Of a stretch of 64,000 nucleotides of DNA, positions 28,152 to 38,828 are shown one piece after another. The stretch is from Terriglobia bacterium (GTDB lineage Bacteria > Acidobacteriota > Terriglobia > Acidiferrales > UBA7541): assembly GCA_963695545.1 (NCBI GenBank), contig OY968796.1:2656001-2720000 (forward strand), given 5' to 3'. Position 1 is the stretch's first letter; every line of letters begins with the position of its first letter. The notes beneath the pieces were generated by a model that did not search any database, was not told where the DNA came from, and saw only the letters and a program-made list of their open reading frames with translations. Made by a program: the position numbers and the translations under genes.

Positions 28152-30695
28152 ATGAGCGAGGAAACACCCGCCAGAAGCTTGATCAATAAATTTCTACCCG
28201 TGGATGTGCCCGGATTCGATTCGCTCGCAGAACTTGCACTTGATCTGCGCTGGTCGTGGACCCGCGCCACCGATGAACTTTGGCGCACGCTCGATCCCGT
28301 GCTCTGGGAACTCACGCAAAATCCTTGGGTCGTGCTGCAAACGGCGTCGCGCGAACGAATCGAGCGCATGCTGGCGGATCCCGCTTTTCGCAAGAACCTT
28401 GACGATTTGCTCCACGCCAAGCGCCTCGCTGCTGCTACGCCCGCGTGGTTTCAGCAGGCGCATACGCAATCACCTTTGACTTGCGTCGCGTACTTCAGCA
28501 TGGAATTCATGTTGAGCGAAGCGCTCCCAATTTATTCCGGAGGACTCGGAAATGTCGCCGGCGATCAACTCAAAGCCGCCAGCGATTTGGGCGTCCCGGT
28601 GGTTGGCGTCGGCCTGCTCTATCAGCAAGGATATTTCCGCCAAGTGATCGATAAAAGCGGAGCGCAACAGGCCCTTTACCCCTACAACGATCCCGGACAA
28701 TTGCCGATCACGCCGGTGCGCCTTCCGAACGGCGAATGGTTGCGCCTGGAGCTCGCTCTGCCTGGCTATTCGGTCTGGGCGCGCGCCTGGCAGGTTCAGG
28801 TCGGTCGAGCCAAGCTCTACCTGCTCGATAGCAATGACGACGCGACCTTTCCCACTCATCGCGGCATTGCGAGCGAACTCTACGGTGGCGGTCCGGAGCT
28901 GCGCCTGCAACAGGAACTCCTTCTCGGCATTGGCGGCTGGCGCATGCTCGGCGCGCTGGGCATCAAGCCGGAAGTGTGCCATTTGAACGAAGGCCACGCG
29001 GCCTTCGCCACGCTCGAGCGCGCTAGAAATTTCATGGAGGAAAATGCGCAGCCGTTTGAGGTCGCGCTGGCCGCCACGCGAGCGGGCAACCTCTTCACCA
29101 CGCACACTGCGGTGGCCGCCGGCTTTGATCGTTTCACGCCCGATCTGATCGAAAAATATCTCAAACACTACTCCGAGACGAAACTCGGCATATCGCTCCG
29201 CGATTTCTTGGCTCTCGGCCGCGAAAATCCCGACGACCCGTCCGAGACTTTCAACATGGCCTATCTCGCAATCCGAGGCAGCCATGCTGTGAATGGCGTG
29301 AGTCGCCTGCACGGAGAAGTGAGCCGCCGCCTCTTTGAACCTCTTTTCCCGCGCTGGCCGCAGGACGAAGTGCCCGTCGGTCACGTGACCAACGGCGTGC
29401 ACATGCCCACATGGGATTCTCCGGTCGCCCACGATCTCTGGACCGAGGCCTGCGGAAAAGACCATTGGCAAGGGCCGATAGAATGCCTCGAGCCGAAAAT
29501 TCGCAAAATCTCCGACGCCAAGCTCTGGCAATTACGCACCGCCTCCAGCAAGGCTCTTGTTGAATATGCCCGCGATCGATTGTCCCGGCAGTTGGCTGCC
29601 AGAGATTTCCCGCCCGACGCGGTCGAGCGCGCCAAGCACCTGTTCGATCCCAACATTCTGACGCTCGGCTTCGCGCGGCGCTTCGCCACGTACAAGCGAC
29701 CCAACCTCCTTTTGCGCGATCGCGATCGTCTGCTCCGCCTATTGAGCAATTCCGAGCGCCCCGTGCAACTGATCATCGCCGGAAAGGCGCATCCCGCGGA
29801 CCAGGCCGGCCAGGCCCTCGTTCAAGAATGGGTTCTTTTCATTCGTCGGCCCGAAGTTCGCCCCCACGCAATCTTCCTCAGCGATTACGACATGGAGTTG
29901 ACGCAACAATTGGTTCAGGGCGTCGACGTCTGGATCAACACGCCGCGCCGGCCCTGGGAAGCTTGCGGCACGAGCGGCATGAAGGTGCTCGTCAACGGCG
30001 GCATTAACCTCTCCGAATTGGATGGCTGGTGGGCCGAGGCATACGCGCCTGCAGTGGGCTGGGCAATTGGCGACGGCCAAGAGCACGGCGATGATCCCGC
30101 CTGGGACGCGGCCGACGCCGAAAGTCTTTACGAGCGCCTCGAGCGCGAGGTAATCCCGGAATTTTACACACGAGACGCGAGCGGCATTCCCACCGCATGG
30201 GTCAATCGCATGCGTGAAAGCATGGCGCAACTGACGCCGCGTTTTTCCGCGCACCGCGCGGTTCACGAATACACCGAGCAACGCTACGTCCCTGCTGCTA
30301 ACGCCTACCAGGAGCGCGCCGCGAATAAAGGCGCGGTGGGCAAGCAAATCGCGGATTGGGAGCACAACCTCGAACAGAAATGGTCCGCGCTGCGCTTCGG
30401 CGAAGTGAACGTTCAAACGCAAGGCGACCAGTATCTCTTTCACGTCCAGGTCTTTCTCAACGATCTCGATCCGCAGGCGGTGCGCGTTGAACTTTACGCG
30501 GACGGAACGAGCGGCGGCGATCCCGTGCGCCAGGAAATGAAGTGCGCGCGACAAATTGCCGAATCCCACGCCTGCGTTTTTCAGGCGGCCGTGCCCGCCA
30601 CGCGTCCGGCGAGTGACTACACGCCGCGCTTGATTCCTTATCATTCCGGAGTGGCCGTGCCCTTGGAGACCGCTCGAATCATTTGGCAGCGATAA
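28152..30695 (+). CDS. glgP: Alpha-glucan (glycogen) phosphorylase
   Basis: AYFSMEF, YSGGLG, HLNEGHAAF, GFARRFATYKR and EACGTSGMK (PLP lysine) motifs. Confidence 0.93.
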   Translation: MSEETPARSLINKFLPVDVPGFDSLAELALDLRWSWTRATDELWRTLDPVLWELTQNPWVVLQTASRERIERMLADPAFRKNLDDLLHAKRLAAATPAWFQQAHTQSPLTCVAYFSMEFMLSEALPIYSGGLGNVAGDQLKAASDLGVPVVGVGLLYQQGYFRQVIDKSGAQQALYPYNDPGQLPITPVRLPNGEWLRLELALPGYSVWARAWQVQVGRAKLYLLDSNDDATFPTHRGIASELYGGGPELRLQQELLLGIGGWRMLGALGIKPEVCHLNEGHAAFATLERARNFMEENAQPFEVALAATRAGNLFTTHTAVAAGFDRFTPDLIEKYLKHYSETKLGISLRDFLALGRENPDDPSETFNMAYLAIRGSHAVNGVSRLHGEVSRRLFEPLFPRWPQDEVPVGHVTNGVHMPTWDSPVAHDLWTEACGKDHWQGPIECLEPKIRKISDAKLWQLRTASSKALVEYARDRLSRQLAARDFPPDAVERAKHLFDPNILTLGFARRFATYKRPNLLLRDRDRLLRLLSNSERPVQLIIAGKAHPADQAGQALVQEWVLFIRRPEVRPHAIFLSDYDMELTQQLVQGVDVWINTPRRPWEACGTSGMKVLVNGGINLSELDGWWAEAYAPAVGWAIGDGQEHGDDPAWDAADAESLYERLEREVIPEFYTRDASGIPTAWVNRMRESMAQLTPRFSAHRAVHEYTEQRYVPAANAYQERAANKGAVGKQIADWEHNLEQKWSALRFGEVNVQTQGDQYLFHVQVFLNDLDPQAVRVELYADGTSGGDPVRQEMKCARQIAESHACVFQAAVPATRPASDYTPRLIPYHSGVAVPLETARIIWQR

Positions 30696-30707
30696 AGAAC
30701 TGACAAA

Positions 30708-32885
30708 ATGACCAAACCCCCCGAACGCGATTTGCCGGGTTACATCTCGGAACTTTCCGAGCGCGGCGACCTGGACGAGGGCTCTCCGCTGCCCTTGGGT
30801 ACGGAAGAAACGGCGGGCGGCGTAAATTTCGCCATTTTCAGCCGCCACGCCACGCGGGTTCGATTGGAATTGTTTGATTATCCCGGCGACGCATCTCCCG
30901 CCCGGGCAATCGATCTGGATCCAGCGCGCAATCGCACCGGTGACGTTTGGCACGTCTGGGTGAAGGGAATCGACCGCGGACAACTCTATGGTTATCGCGT
31001 CGATGGCCCCTACGAACCCAGCGCGGGACATCGCTTCAATCCTAAGAAACTTCTGCTTGATCCCCGCGCCACTGCTATTTCGCGCCCGCCCTCTTGGGAT
31101 TTTCCATCAGCGCTTGGATACGATCCGTCCTCGCCGGATCTCGATTTGACCCCTTCGACGCAGGATAATTCCGCGTCCATGCCGAAATGCGTTTTTGTCA
31201 ACGATCTCTTCGAGTGGAATGGAGACGAGCCGCTCCGTCATTCGTGGTCGAAGACCGTCATTTACGAAATGCATGTTCGCGGTTTTACGATTAATCCCAA
31301 TTCCGGCGCGGAACATCGCGGAACTTATCGCGGCGTGACGGAAAAAATTCCTTACCTCAAATCCATCGGAGTGACTGCCGTAGAGTTGATGCCTGTTCTC
31401 GAGTTTAACGAATCGTCGGTGACGCGCACGAATCCGCAATCCGGTCAGCGTCTCTGCAATTACTGGGGCTACGATCCGATTGTCTTCTTGGCGCCCAAAG
31501 CCTCCTACAGCAGCGCGGGCGGCGTGGGCCAGCAGAAATTGGAATTCAAGGAAATGGTCCGCGCCCTTCATAGCGCCGGCATCGAAGTGATTCTGGACAT
31601 GGTCTTCAACCACACGGCGGAGGGAAATGAGCTGGGCCCCACGCTCTGCTTCCGAGGCCTCGACAATGTCATCGGCTACATGCTCGCGGACGACAAACGC
31701 TACTACAGGGACTACACCGGCACAGGCAACACCGTCAATGCCAATCACCCCGTGGTGCGCGACCACATCCTGGAAGCCCTTCGTTACTGGACGGTCGAAA
31801 TGCACGTCGATGGATATCGTTTTGACTTGGCCGCCGTGCTCGGCCGCGGGCGAACAGGAAACTTGCTTCGGAATCCGCCGCTCCTGGCGGTAATCGCGGA
31901 GGATCCGGTCTTGCGCGATGTGAAGCTCATCGCCGAAGCCTGGGACGCCGCCGGTGCCTACGAGGTCGGCAGTTTCGCACAGCGGCGCTGGGCCGAATGG
32001 AACGGCCGGTACCGCGACGATATCCGGCGTTTCTGGCGCGGCGACGACGGCATGCTCGGTACATTCGCCAGCCGCATCTGCGGCAGTTCCGACATCTATA
32101 CCAAGTCCCGCAAAGGTCCCGAGGGCAGCATCAACTACGTCACGTGCCACGACGGTTTCACTCTGAATGATCTCGTCAGCTACAGTTGCAAGCACAACGA
32201 AGCCAACGGAGAAAACAACCGCGACGGCACGGATGCCAACTACAGCCAGAACTACGGCACCGAAGGCGAAACCCGAGACGCCGAAATCGAGGCGCTGCGG
32301 AATCGCCAGATCAAGAATTTCCTTTTGACCCTGTTTATCTCCCGCGGCATCCCCATGCTGCTCGGTGGCGACGAATTTCGCCGCACGCAATCCGGCAATA
32401 ACAATGCCTACTGCCAGGACAACGAAATGAGCTGGCATGATTGGGACTGCGTCAAGAAGCACGAGGAAATCTTTCGCTTCACGCAGGGCATGATCGCTTT
32501 TCGCAGCGCGCATCCCGTCCTGAGCGAGGAACATTTCTACACCGACACGGACATTCATTGGTTTGGTCCGCAAGGCGGATTGCCCAACTGGACCGATCCG
32601 CAAGATAAAATATTCGGCTGCTTGATTCCGGAAGACGCGGACGGCGCTCTTTTCCTTATGTTCAACGCCGGCACCACTGAAACCGAATTCAATCTGCCTC
32701 CGCCCCCTCAGGACCTCCGCTGGTATCGAGCAATCGATACTTCCGCCGCCACGCCGCAGGACTTGCTCGCGCCGGGCCAGGAACCGCTGGTGGATCACTC
32801 AAAACCATATCGTCTGGAATCGCGCACCAGCGCGATACTTCTGGCGCGCAAGCCGGGCCCCGTCGCAGGAGGCGCGTCCGCATGA
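30708..32885 (+). CDS. glgX: Glycogen debranching enzyme / isoamylase
   Basis: GVNFAIFSRHA, NYWGYDP, VFNHTAEG, DGYRFDLA, IAEAWD and QSGNNNAYCQDN motifs. Confidence 0.95.
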   Translation: MTKPPERDLPGYISELSERGDLDEGSPLPLGTEETAGGVNFAIFSRHATRVRLELFDYPGDASPARAIDLDPARNRTGDVWHVWVKGIDRGQLYGYRVDGPYEPSAGHRFNPKKLLLDPRATAISRPPSWDFPSALGYDPSSPDLDLTPSTQDNSASMPKCVFVNDLFEWNGDEPLRHSWSKTVIYEMHVRGFTINPNSGAEHRGTYRGVTEKIPYLKSIGVTAVELMPVLEFNESSVTRTNPQSGQRLCNYWGYDPIVFLAPKASYSSAGGVGQQKLEFKEMVRALHSAGIEVILDMVFNHTAEGNELGPTLCFRGLDNVIGYMLADDKRYYRDYTGTGNTVNANHPVVRDHILEALRYWTVEMHVDGYRFDLAAVLGRGRTGNLLRNPPLLAVIAEDPVLRDVKLIAEAWDAAGAYEVGSFAQRRWAEWNGRYRDDIRRFWRGDDGMLGTFASRICGSSDIYTKSRKGPEGSINYVTCHDGFTLNDLVSYSCKHNEANGENNRDGTDANYSQNYGTEGETRDAEIEALRNRQIKNFLLTLFISRGIPMLLGGDEFRRTQSGNNNAYCQDNEMSWHDWDCVKKHEEIFRFTQGMIAFRSAHPVLSEEHFYTDTDIHWFGPQGGLPNWTDPQDKIFGCLIPEDADGALFLMFNAGTTETEFNLPPPPQDLRWYRAIDTSAATPQDLLAPGQEPLVDHSKPYRLESRTSAILLARKPGPVAGGASA

Positions 32886-34483
32886 GCGAAAGATCCTCCG
32901 GCGTGCTTTTACATCTGACCTCGCTTTCCAATCCCTGCCCCATCGGTGATCTGGGCCCCGCGGCAAACGCCTTTGCGGATTTCTTGGCCGCCAGTGGACA
33001 GCGTTGGTGGCAAATGCTTCCGATCGGTCCGATCGGTGAAGGCGACTCGCCTTACCAATCGCTTTCGGCCTTTGCAGGCAGTCCGCTTCTGCTGAGTCTC
33101 GATCGGTTGGTCGAGCACGGATTTCTCGGACGGCCCGATATCGAGATTCCTGTTTCCGCGGAAAAAGGAAAGGTGGACTATCCCGCCGCGGCGCGCTTGA
33201 AGTTGCCGCTGTTGAAAAAGGCGTTCGACAATTTCGAGAGCCGGGCAAACGGCAGCGGTCAATCCGAATTCGATGCGTTTGTCCGCGCGGAGTCGTTCTG
33301 GCTCGACGATTTTGCGCTGTTCTCGGCGATCCAGACCAAAGAGGGCACTTCCGATTGGACGCGATGGAGCCAAGAGTTGCGAACGCGCGAGCCAGATGCC
33401 GTCACTGGCGCGCGGAAATCTTTCGCCGAAGATATTCGATGCCATCAATTCGTGCAGTGGCAATTCTCCGTGCAGTGGAAGGAGTTCAGGTCCTACTGCG
33501 CTTCCAAAGGAGTATCGCTGATCGGCGATGTACCTTTGTTCGTTGCGCACCACAGCGCCGACGTCTGGGCCCATCCCGGATTTTTCAAATTGGACGCCGA
33601 TGGCAAACCCACTGTGGTCGCGGGAGTTCCTCCCGATTATTTTTCCGCGACGGGCCAGGTTTGGGGCGTGCCGGTGTACCGCTGGGATGCGCTCGCAGCG
33701 CAAAACTACGGCTGGTGGATCGAACGCCTGCGCTCGGCTCTCGCGCGGTTTGACGTGAATCGGCTGGATCATTTCATCGGCTTTGTCCGCACCTATGAAG
33801 TGCCTGCAAAGGACGCGACCGCGGTGAACGGGCACTATCAACCTGGCGGAGGCGCTGCCTTTTTCAACGCTGCGCGCGAGGCACTCGGGACATTACCTTT
33901 CATCGCGGATGATCTCGGCGCCATCACACCGGAAGTCGTGGCTTTGATGGATCAGCTTCAATTTCCGGGCACGCGCGTGCTCCAATTTGAGCTGGCCTCG
34001 ATTCTGCAAACGAATTCGGGTCAGCCGGAACAATTTCCGGCGAGATCGGTCGTCTATACCGGAACCCACGACAACGACACGACGGCGGGTTGGTTTCAGA
34101 AATTGCCGGAAGATCAGCGCAAAGCTCTGCAACAGAAGCTGGGAGTAGATAGCCAGGATATTGTTTGGGCCATGATTCGTGAGGCCATGGCTTCGCAGTC
34201 CGACACCGCAATCATTCCTGTGCAAGATCTCTTGGGGCTCGGAACCGAGGCGCGCATGAATTTCCCTGGAATTGCGGAAGGGAATTGGAAGTGGCGCCTG
34301 ACGGATGGCGCGCTCACGCCGGAGATTGCGCAAAAGCTGCGAAGCGTCACGACGACGTGCGCGCGCCTGGCGAGTGGTGATTCCCACCCTGATTCTCGCC
34401 GTCAGGCGGAAGTCCCGCGCGACGGATCGCGCAGCGAGCCTGCGAACTCTTCGAGCGAACAGGCCGCCGGAGCGGAGAGCTAG
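32882..34483 (+). CDS. malQ: 4-alpha-glucanotransferase (GH77)
   Basis: RSSGVLLHLTSL, WWQMLP, AGVPPDYFS, RLDHFIG, YTGTHDNDT and RMNFPG..GNWKWR motifs. Confidence 0.93.
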   Translation: MSERSSGVLLHLTSLSNPCPIGDLGPAANAFADFLAASGQRWWQMLPIGPIGEGDSPYQSLSAFAGSPLLLSLDRLVEHGFLGRPDIEIPVSAEKGKVDYPAAARLKLPLLKKAFDNFESRANGSGQSEFDAFVRAESFWLDDFALFSAIQTKEGTSDWTRWSQELRTREPDAVTGARKSFAEDIRCHQFVQWQFSVQWKEFRSYCASKGVSLIGDVPLFVAHHSADVWAHPGFFKLDADGKPTVVAGVPPDYFSATGQVWGVPVYRWDALAAQNYGWWIERLRSALARFDVNRLDHFIGFVRTYEVPAKDATAVNGHYQPGGGAAFFNAAREALGTLPFIADDLGAITPEVVALMDQLQFPGTRVLQFELASILQTNSGQPEQFPARSVVYTGTHDNDTTAGWFQKLPEDQRKALQQKLGVDSQDIVWAMIREAMASQSDTAIIPVQDLLGLGTEARMNFPGIAEGNWKWRLTDGALTPEIAQKLRSVTTTCARLASGDSHPDSRRQAEVPRDGSRSEPANSSSEQAAGAES

Positions 34484-34584
34484 CCGCGCGCAAAACGGGG
34501 AATAGAGATCGTCGCGAATCGATGACAAATAAGCATTCGCGGCAATACGAGATTGGTCTTAACTGGAACAAGGAGAATTGAATC

Positions 34585-36978
34585 ATGAAAACAGAAACAC
34601 TTTCGCTGGCGGTTTCCCCAACTCTTTCCCCGGACCTGCTCCACAAAATTGATGCCTACTGGCGCGCCGCCAACTATGTGTCGGTCGGCCAAATCTATCT
34701 CTACGACAATCCGCTCCTGAAAGAGCCGCTGAAACTGTCGCACGTGAAGCCGCTGGTGGTCGGGCACTGGGGCACGGTGCCGGGCCAGAACTTCATCTAC
34801 GTGCACCTGAACCGGGTCATCAAGAAGTATGACCTGAATATGTTTTACATCGCTGGCCCCGGTCACGGTGGCGCGGCGCTGGTTGGCAACGTCTACCTCG
34901 AAGGCACATGGAGCGAAGTTTATCCGAACGTCACCCAGAATGAGGCCGGACTCAAGGAGCTGTTCAAACAATTCTCGTTTCCCGGCGGAATTTCAAGCCA
35001 CGTCGCGCCGACGACGCCGGGGTCGATTCACGAAGGCGGCGAGTTGGGGTATTCGCTCAGCCACGCCTTCGGAGCTGCGTTCGATAATCCCGACCTGATC
35101 GTCGCCTGCATCATCGGCGACGGCGAATCGGAAACGGCTTCCTTGGCGACGTCGTGGCAGTCCAACAAGTTTCTCGATCCGGTTACCGACGGCGCGGTGC
35201 TTCCGATACTGCACTTAAATGGCTACAAGATCAGCAATCCGACTGTTCTGGCCCGGATCGAACATGAGGAACTGGAGCAATTTCTAAAAGGTTGTGGCTG
35301 GACTCCTTATTTCGTCGAAGGCGATGAGCCGGAAAAGATGCACGAACTGATGGCCAGCACCATGGAAGCGGCAATCGAAGACATCCGGCAAATCCAAAGC
35401 AACGCGCGCACCAAGAACGACGCCGCTCGGCCGCGCTGGCCAATGATCGTCCTCAAGTCGCCCAAAGGCTGGACGGGACCGAAATTCGTCGATGGTCTGC
35501 AAATCGAAGGCACCTTCCGATCGCACCAGGTGCCGCTCCTGGTGGATCCGGAGCATCCCGATCACGTTAAGCTGCTCGAAAACTGGATGAAAAGTTACAA
35601 GGCCGAGGAACTGTTTGATGAAAACGGGCGGCTCATTCCGGAATTGGCCGAACTCGCGCCGAAGGGCGACCGCCGCATGGGCTCCAATCCGCATGCCAAT
35701 GGCGGAATTCTCCTGCACGATCTGCGCATGCCTGACTTTCACGTTCACGCCGTGAATGTGCCTTCGCCCGGCGCCGTCACCGCTGAAGATACGCTCGTGC
35801 TCGGCAGTTTCCTGCGCGACGTCGCCAAGCTGAATCAGGATAAGCGTAATTTTCGTATCTTCGGGCCCGATGAAACAGTCTCGAATCTTCTGGGCGCGGT
35901 TTTTGAAGTCACCAACCGTCAGTGGGACGCGAGGAAAGTAGACAACGACGAATTCCTCGCACCCGCCGGACGCGTGCTGGATTCGATGCTCAGCGAGAAT
36001 CAGTGCGAAGGTTGGCTCGAAGGCTATCTTCTGACCGGGCGGCACGGCCTCTTCAATAGTTACGAGGCTTTCATTCGCATCATCGACTCGATGTTCAGCC
36101 AGCACGCCAAGTGGCTGAAGGTTTGCCTTGAACTTCCGTGGCGTCGAAAAATCTCCTCGCTGAACTATCTGCTCGCTTCCCACGTCTGGCAGCAGGATCA
36201 CAACGGCTTCACGCACCAGGATCCCGGTTTTCTGGATCACGTCGTCAACAAAAAAGCCGACGTCGTGCGCGTTTACCTTCCGGCCGACGCCAATTGCCTG
36301 TTGTCGGTTTTCGATCACTGCCTGCGCAGCCGCAATTACGTGAACGTCGTGGTTGCCGGCAAGCATGCGCTCCCACAGTGGCTCACCATGGACGAGGCGG
36401 TGGTGCACTGCACCGAAGGAATTGGCATCTGGCAATGGGCCAGCAACGATCAAGGCTCCGAGCCGGACGTGGTAATGGCCTGCTGCGGAGACACCCCTAC
36501 GCTTGAGATTTTGGCCGCTGTTTCCATCCTCCGCGAGAAACTGCCCGAGCTGAAAATTCGTGTGGTCAATGTCGTCGATCTCATGAAACTGCAGCCGTCC
36601 ACGGAGCATCCTCACGGGCTGAACGAACGGGACTACGATTCGCTTTTCACCAAAGATAAACACATTATCTTCGGTTTTCACGGATACCCCTGGCTTGTTC
36701 ACCGGCTGACCTACCGCCGCACGAACCGCAACCTCCACGTCCGCGGTTACAAGGAAGAGGGCACCATCACGACTCCCTTTGACATGCGGGTGCAGAACGA
36801 CCTCGACCGATTCCACCTCGTGCAAGACGTCGTGGATCGCCTTCCGCATTTGGGTTCCAAGGGCGCCTACCTGAAGCAGGAAATGCGCGACAAGCTCATC
36901 GAGCACAAACATTACATCGATAAGCACGGCCAGGACCTGCCGGAAATCCGCAACTGGAAGTGGAGCGATCCCAAATGA
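34585..36978 (+). CDS. xfp: Phosphoketolase (XFP family)
   Basis: [44 protein letters not shown] and [13 protein letters not shown] motifs; AAGGAG RBS. Confidence 0.95.
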   Translation: MKTETLSLAVSPTLSPDLLHKIDAYWRAANYVSVGQIYLYDNPLLKEPLKLSHVKPLVVGHWGTVPGQNFIYVHLNRVIKKYDLNMFYIAGPGHGGAALVGNVYLEGTWSEVYPNVTQNEAGLKELFKQFSFPGGISSHVAPTTPGSIHEGGELGYSLSHAFGAAFDNPDLIVACIIGDGESETASLATSWQSNKFLDPVTDGAVLPILHLNGYKISNPTVLARIEHEELEQFLKGCGWTPYFVEGDEPEKMHELMASTMEAAIEDIRQIQSNARTKNDAARPRWPMIVLKSPKGWTGPKFVDGLQIEGTFRSHQVPLLVDPEHPDHVKLLENWMKSYKAEELFDENGRLIPELAELAPKGDRRMGSNPHANGGILLHDLRMPDFHVHAVNVPSPGAVTAEDTLVLGSFLRDVAKLNQDKRNFRIFGPDETVSNLLGAVFEVTNRQWDARKVDNDEFLAPAGRVLDSMLSENQCEGWLEGYLLTGRHGLFNSYEAFIRIIDSMFSQHAKWLKVCLELPWRRKISSLNYLLASHVWQQDHNGFTHQDPGFLDHVVNKKADVVRVYLPADANCLLSVFDHCLRSRNYVNVVVAGKHALPQWLTMDEAVVHCTEGIGIWQWASNDQGSEPDVVMACCGDTPTLEILAAVSILREKLPELKIRVVNVVDLMKLQPSTEHPHGLNERDYDSLFTKDKHIIFGFHGYPWLVHRLTYRRTNRNLHVRGYKEEGTITTPFDMRVQNDLDRFHLVQDVVDRLPHLGSKGAYLKQEMRDKLIEHKHYIDKHGQDLPEIRNWKWSDPK

Positions 36979-37130
36979 GCGCGCAAGAGGTTGTAAACAC
37001 CGCCCTGCGTTTTAGTCGGGGGGGCGCCCATCGCACGCTGATCGGCAGTGCCGGCCTGAACGTCGACCAGTTTCTGGCCATCGCCCCGGCGGGGATCAGC
37101 GAGTCGCAAATAAAAGGAGAAGCAGCATGA
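36975..37130 (+). pseudogene. 51-codon ORF coupled to xfp and pgi; probable deletion remnant (aldolase-like start fused to TPI-like end)
   Basis: [51 protein letters not shown], with ATGA overlaps at both ends. Confidence 0.45.
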
Positions 37131-38761
37131 CCGCAACCGGACAACTCACCGCACGCGCAGCCTGGAAGGCGCTTGAGGCCCATTATCCGAAGATGCGGGA
37201 CCTGCATCTGAGAAAACTTTTCGCGGACGACCCTGCGCGCGGCGAGCGCATGGCGGTCGATGCCGTCGGCATCTACTTCGACTATTCCAAGCATCGCATC
37301 ACCGATGAGACGCTCACGCTCTTGTTGCAGTTGGCGAAGGAGTCCGGACTGCGCGCCCGCATCGACGCGATGTTTCGTGGCGACAAAATCAATGTCACCG
37401 AGAAGCGTGCCGTCCTACATGTGGCCCTGCGCGCTCCGAAGGGGGAATCGATTGTCCTCGACGGCGAAGATGTCGTGCCCGAAGTGCATGCGGTCCTCGA
37501 CAAAATGGCTGCGTTCTCGAATCGCGTGCGCAGCGGCGATTGGAAGGGCCACACCGGAAAACGCATCCGCAATGTGATCAATATCGGCATCGGCGGATCC
37601 GATCTCGGCCCGGTGATGGCCTACGAAGCGCTGCGCTATTACAGCCAGCGCGACATGACTTTCCGCTTCGTCTCCAACGTCGATGGCACCGATTTCGCCG
37701 AGGCCACGCGCGATCTCGACGCAGCCGAGACGCTTTTCATCATTTCGTCGAAAACATTCACGACGCTCGAGACCATGACCAACGCGCATACGGCGCGCGA
37801 TTGGTCGCTCGCGACTTTGAAAGATGATGCCGCTGTCGCGAAACATTTCGTCGCCGTCTCCACCAACGCCGCCGAGGTGGAGAAATTCGGCATCGACACC
37901 GCGAACATGTTCGAGTTCTGGGATTGGGTCGGCGGCCGCTACTCGATGGATTCGGCGATCGGCCTCTCTACAATGCTGGCCATCGGTCCCGACAATTTCC
38001 GAGACATGCTCGACGGCTTCCATCAGATGGACGAGCATTTTCGCTCCACGCCCTTCGAGCGGAATTTGCCCGTGATCATGGGATTGCTCGGCGTCTGGTA
38101 CAACAATTTCTTCGGCGCGCAAACCGTCGCGGTTCTGCCCTACGAGCAGTACCTCAAGCGTTTCCCCGCATACCTCCAGCAGTTGACCATGGAGAGCAAC
38201 GGCAAGCACGTCACGCTCGAGGGCGCCGAGGTCACCTGGCAAACCGGGCCAATTTACTGGGGCGAGCCCGGCACCAACGGCCAGCATTCTTTTTATCAAC
38301 TGATTCATCAGGGCACCAAGCTCATCCCCTGCGATTTCATCGGGTTTTGCGAAACGCTCAACCCCCTGGGCCGCCACCACGATCTGCTGATGGCCAACGT
38401 GTTTGCCCAGGCCGAGGCGCTGGCGTTTGGCAAAACGTCGCAGCAAGTCGAAGCCGAGGGCACGCCCGCGTGGCTCGCGCCGCACAAAACTTTCGAGGGC
38501 AATCGCCCCACGAGCACGATCCTCCTCGATCGATTGACTCCGACGTCGCTCGGAAAACTCGTCGCGCTATATGAACACAGCGTCTTCACTCAAGGCACCA
38601 TCTGGAACATCGATTCGTTCGACCAGTGGGGCGTCGAATTGGGTAAAGCGCTGGCCGTGCGCATCATTCCCGAACTCGAGTCCGGTGCTGCGGCCCAACT
38701 GAAACACGATAGCTCCACCAATACGCTCATCAGTCGTTATAAGAAATCCAAGACTCCGTGA
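37127..38761 (+). CDS. pgi: Glucose-6-phosphate isomerase
   Basis: [46 protein letters not shown] and [10 protein letters not shown] motifs. Confidence 0.96.
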   Translation: MTATGQLTARAAWKALEAHYPKMRDLHLRKLFADDPARGERMAVDAVGIYFDYSKHRITDETLTLLLQLAKESGLRARIDAMFRGDKINVTEKRAVLHVALRAPKGESIVLDGEDVVPEVHAVLDKMAAFSNRVRSGDWKGHTGKRIRNVINIGIGGSDLGPVMAYEALRYYSQRDMTFRFVSNVDGTDFAEATRDLDAAETLFIISSKTFTTLETMTNAHTARDWSLATLKDDAAVAKHFVAVSTNAAEVEKFGIDTANMFEFWDWVGGRYSMDSAIGLSTMLAIGPDNFRDMLDGFHQMDEHFRSTPFERNLPVIMGLLGVWYNNFFGAQTVAVLPYEQYLKRFPAYLQQLTMESNGKHVTLEGAEVTWQTGPIYWGEPGTNGQHSFYQLIHQGTKLIPCDFIGFCETLNPLGRHHDLLMANVFAQAEALAFGKTSQQVEAEGTPAWLAPHKTFEGNRPTSTILLDRLTPTSLGKLVALYEHSVFTQGTIWNIDSFDQWGVELGKALAVRIIPELESGAAAQLKHDSSTNTLISRYKKSKTP

Positions 38762-38828
38762 GCGCGATCTCAAATTTCCCGCTGCCCGCGCCGCTCGCCG
38801 CTCAAGAAAGACAGGAGGAACATTCATT

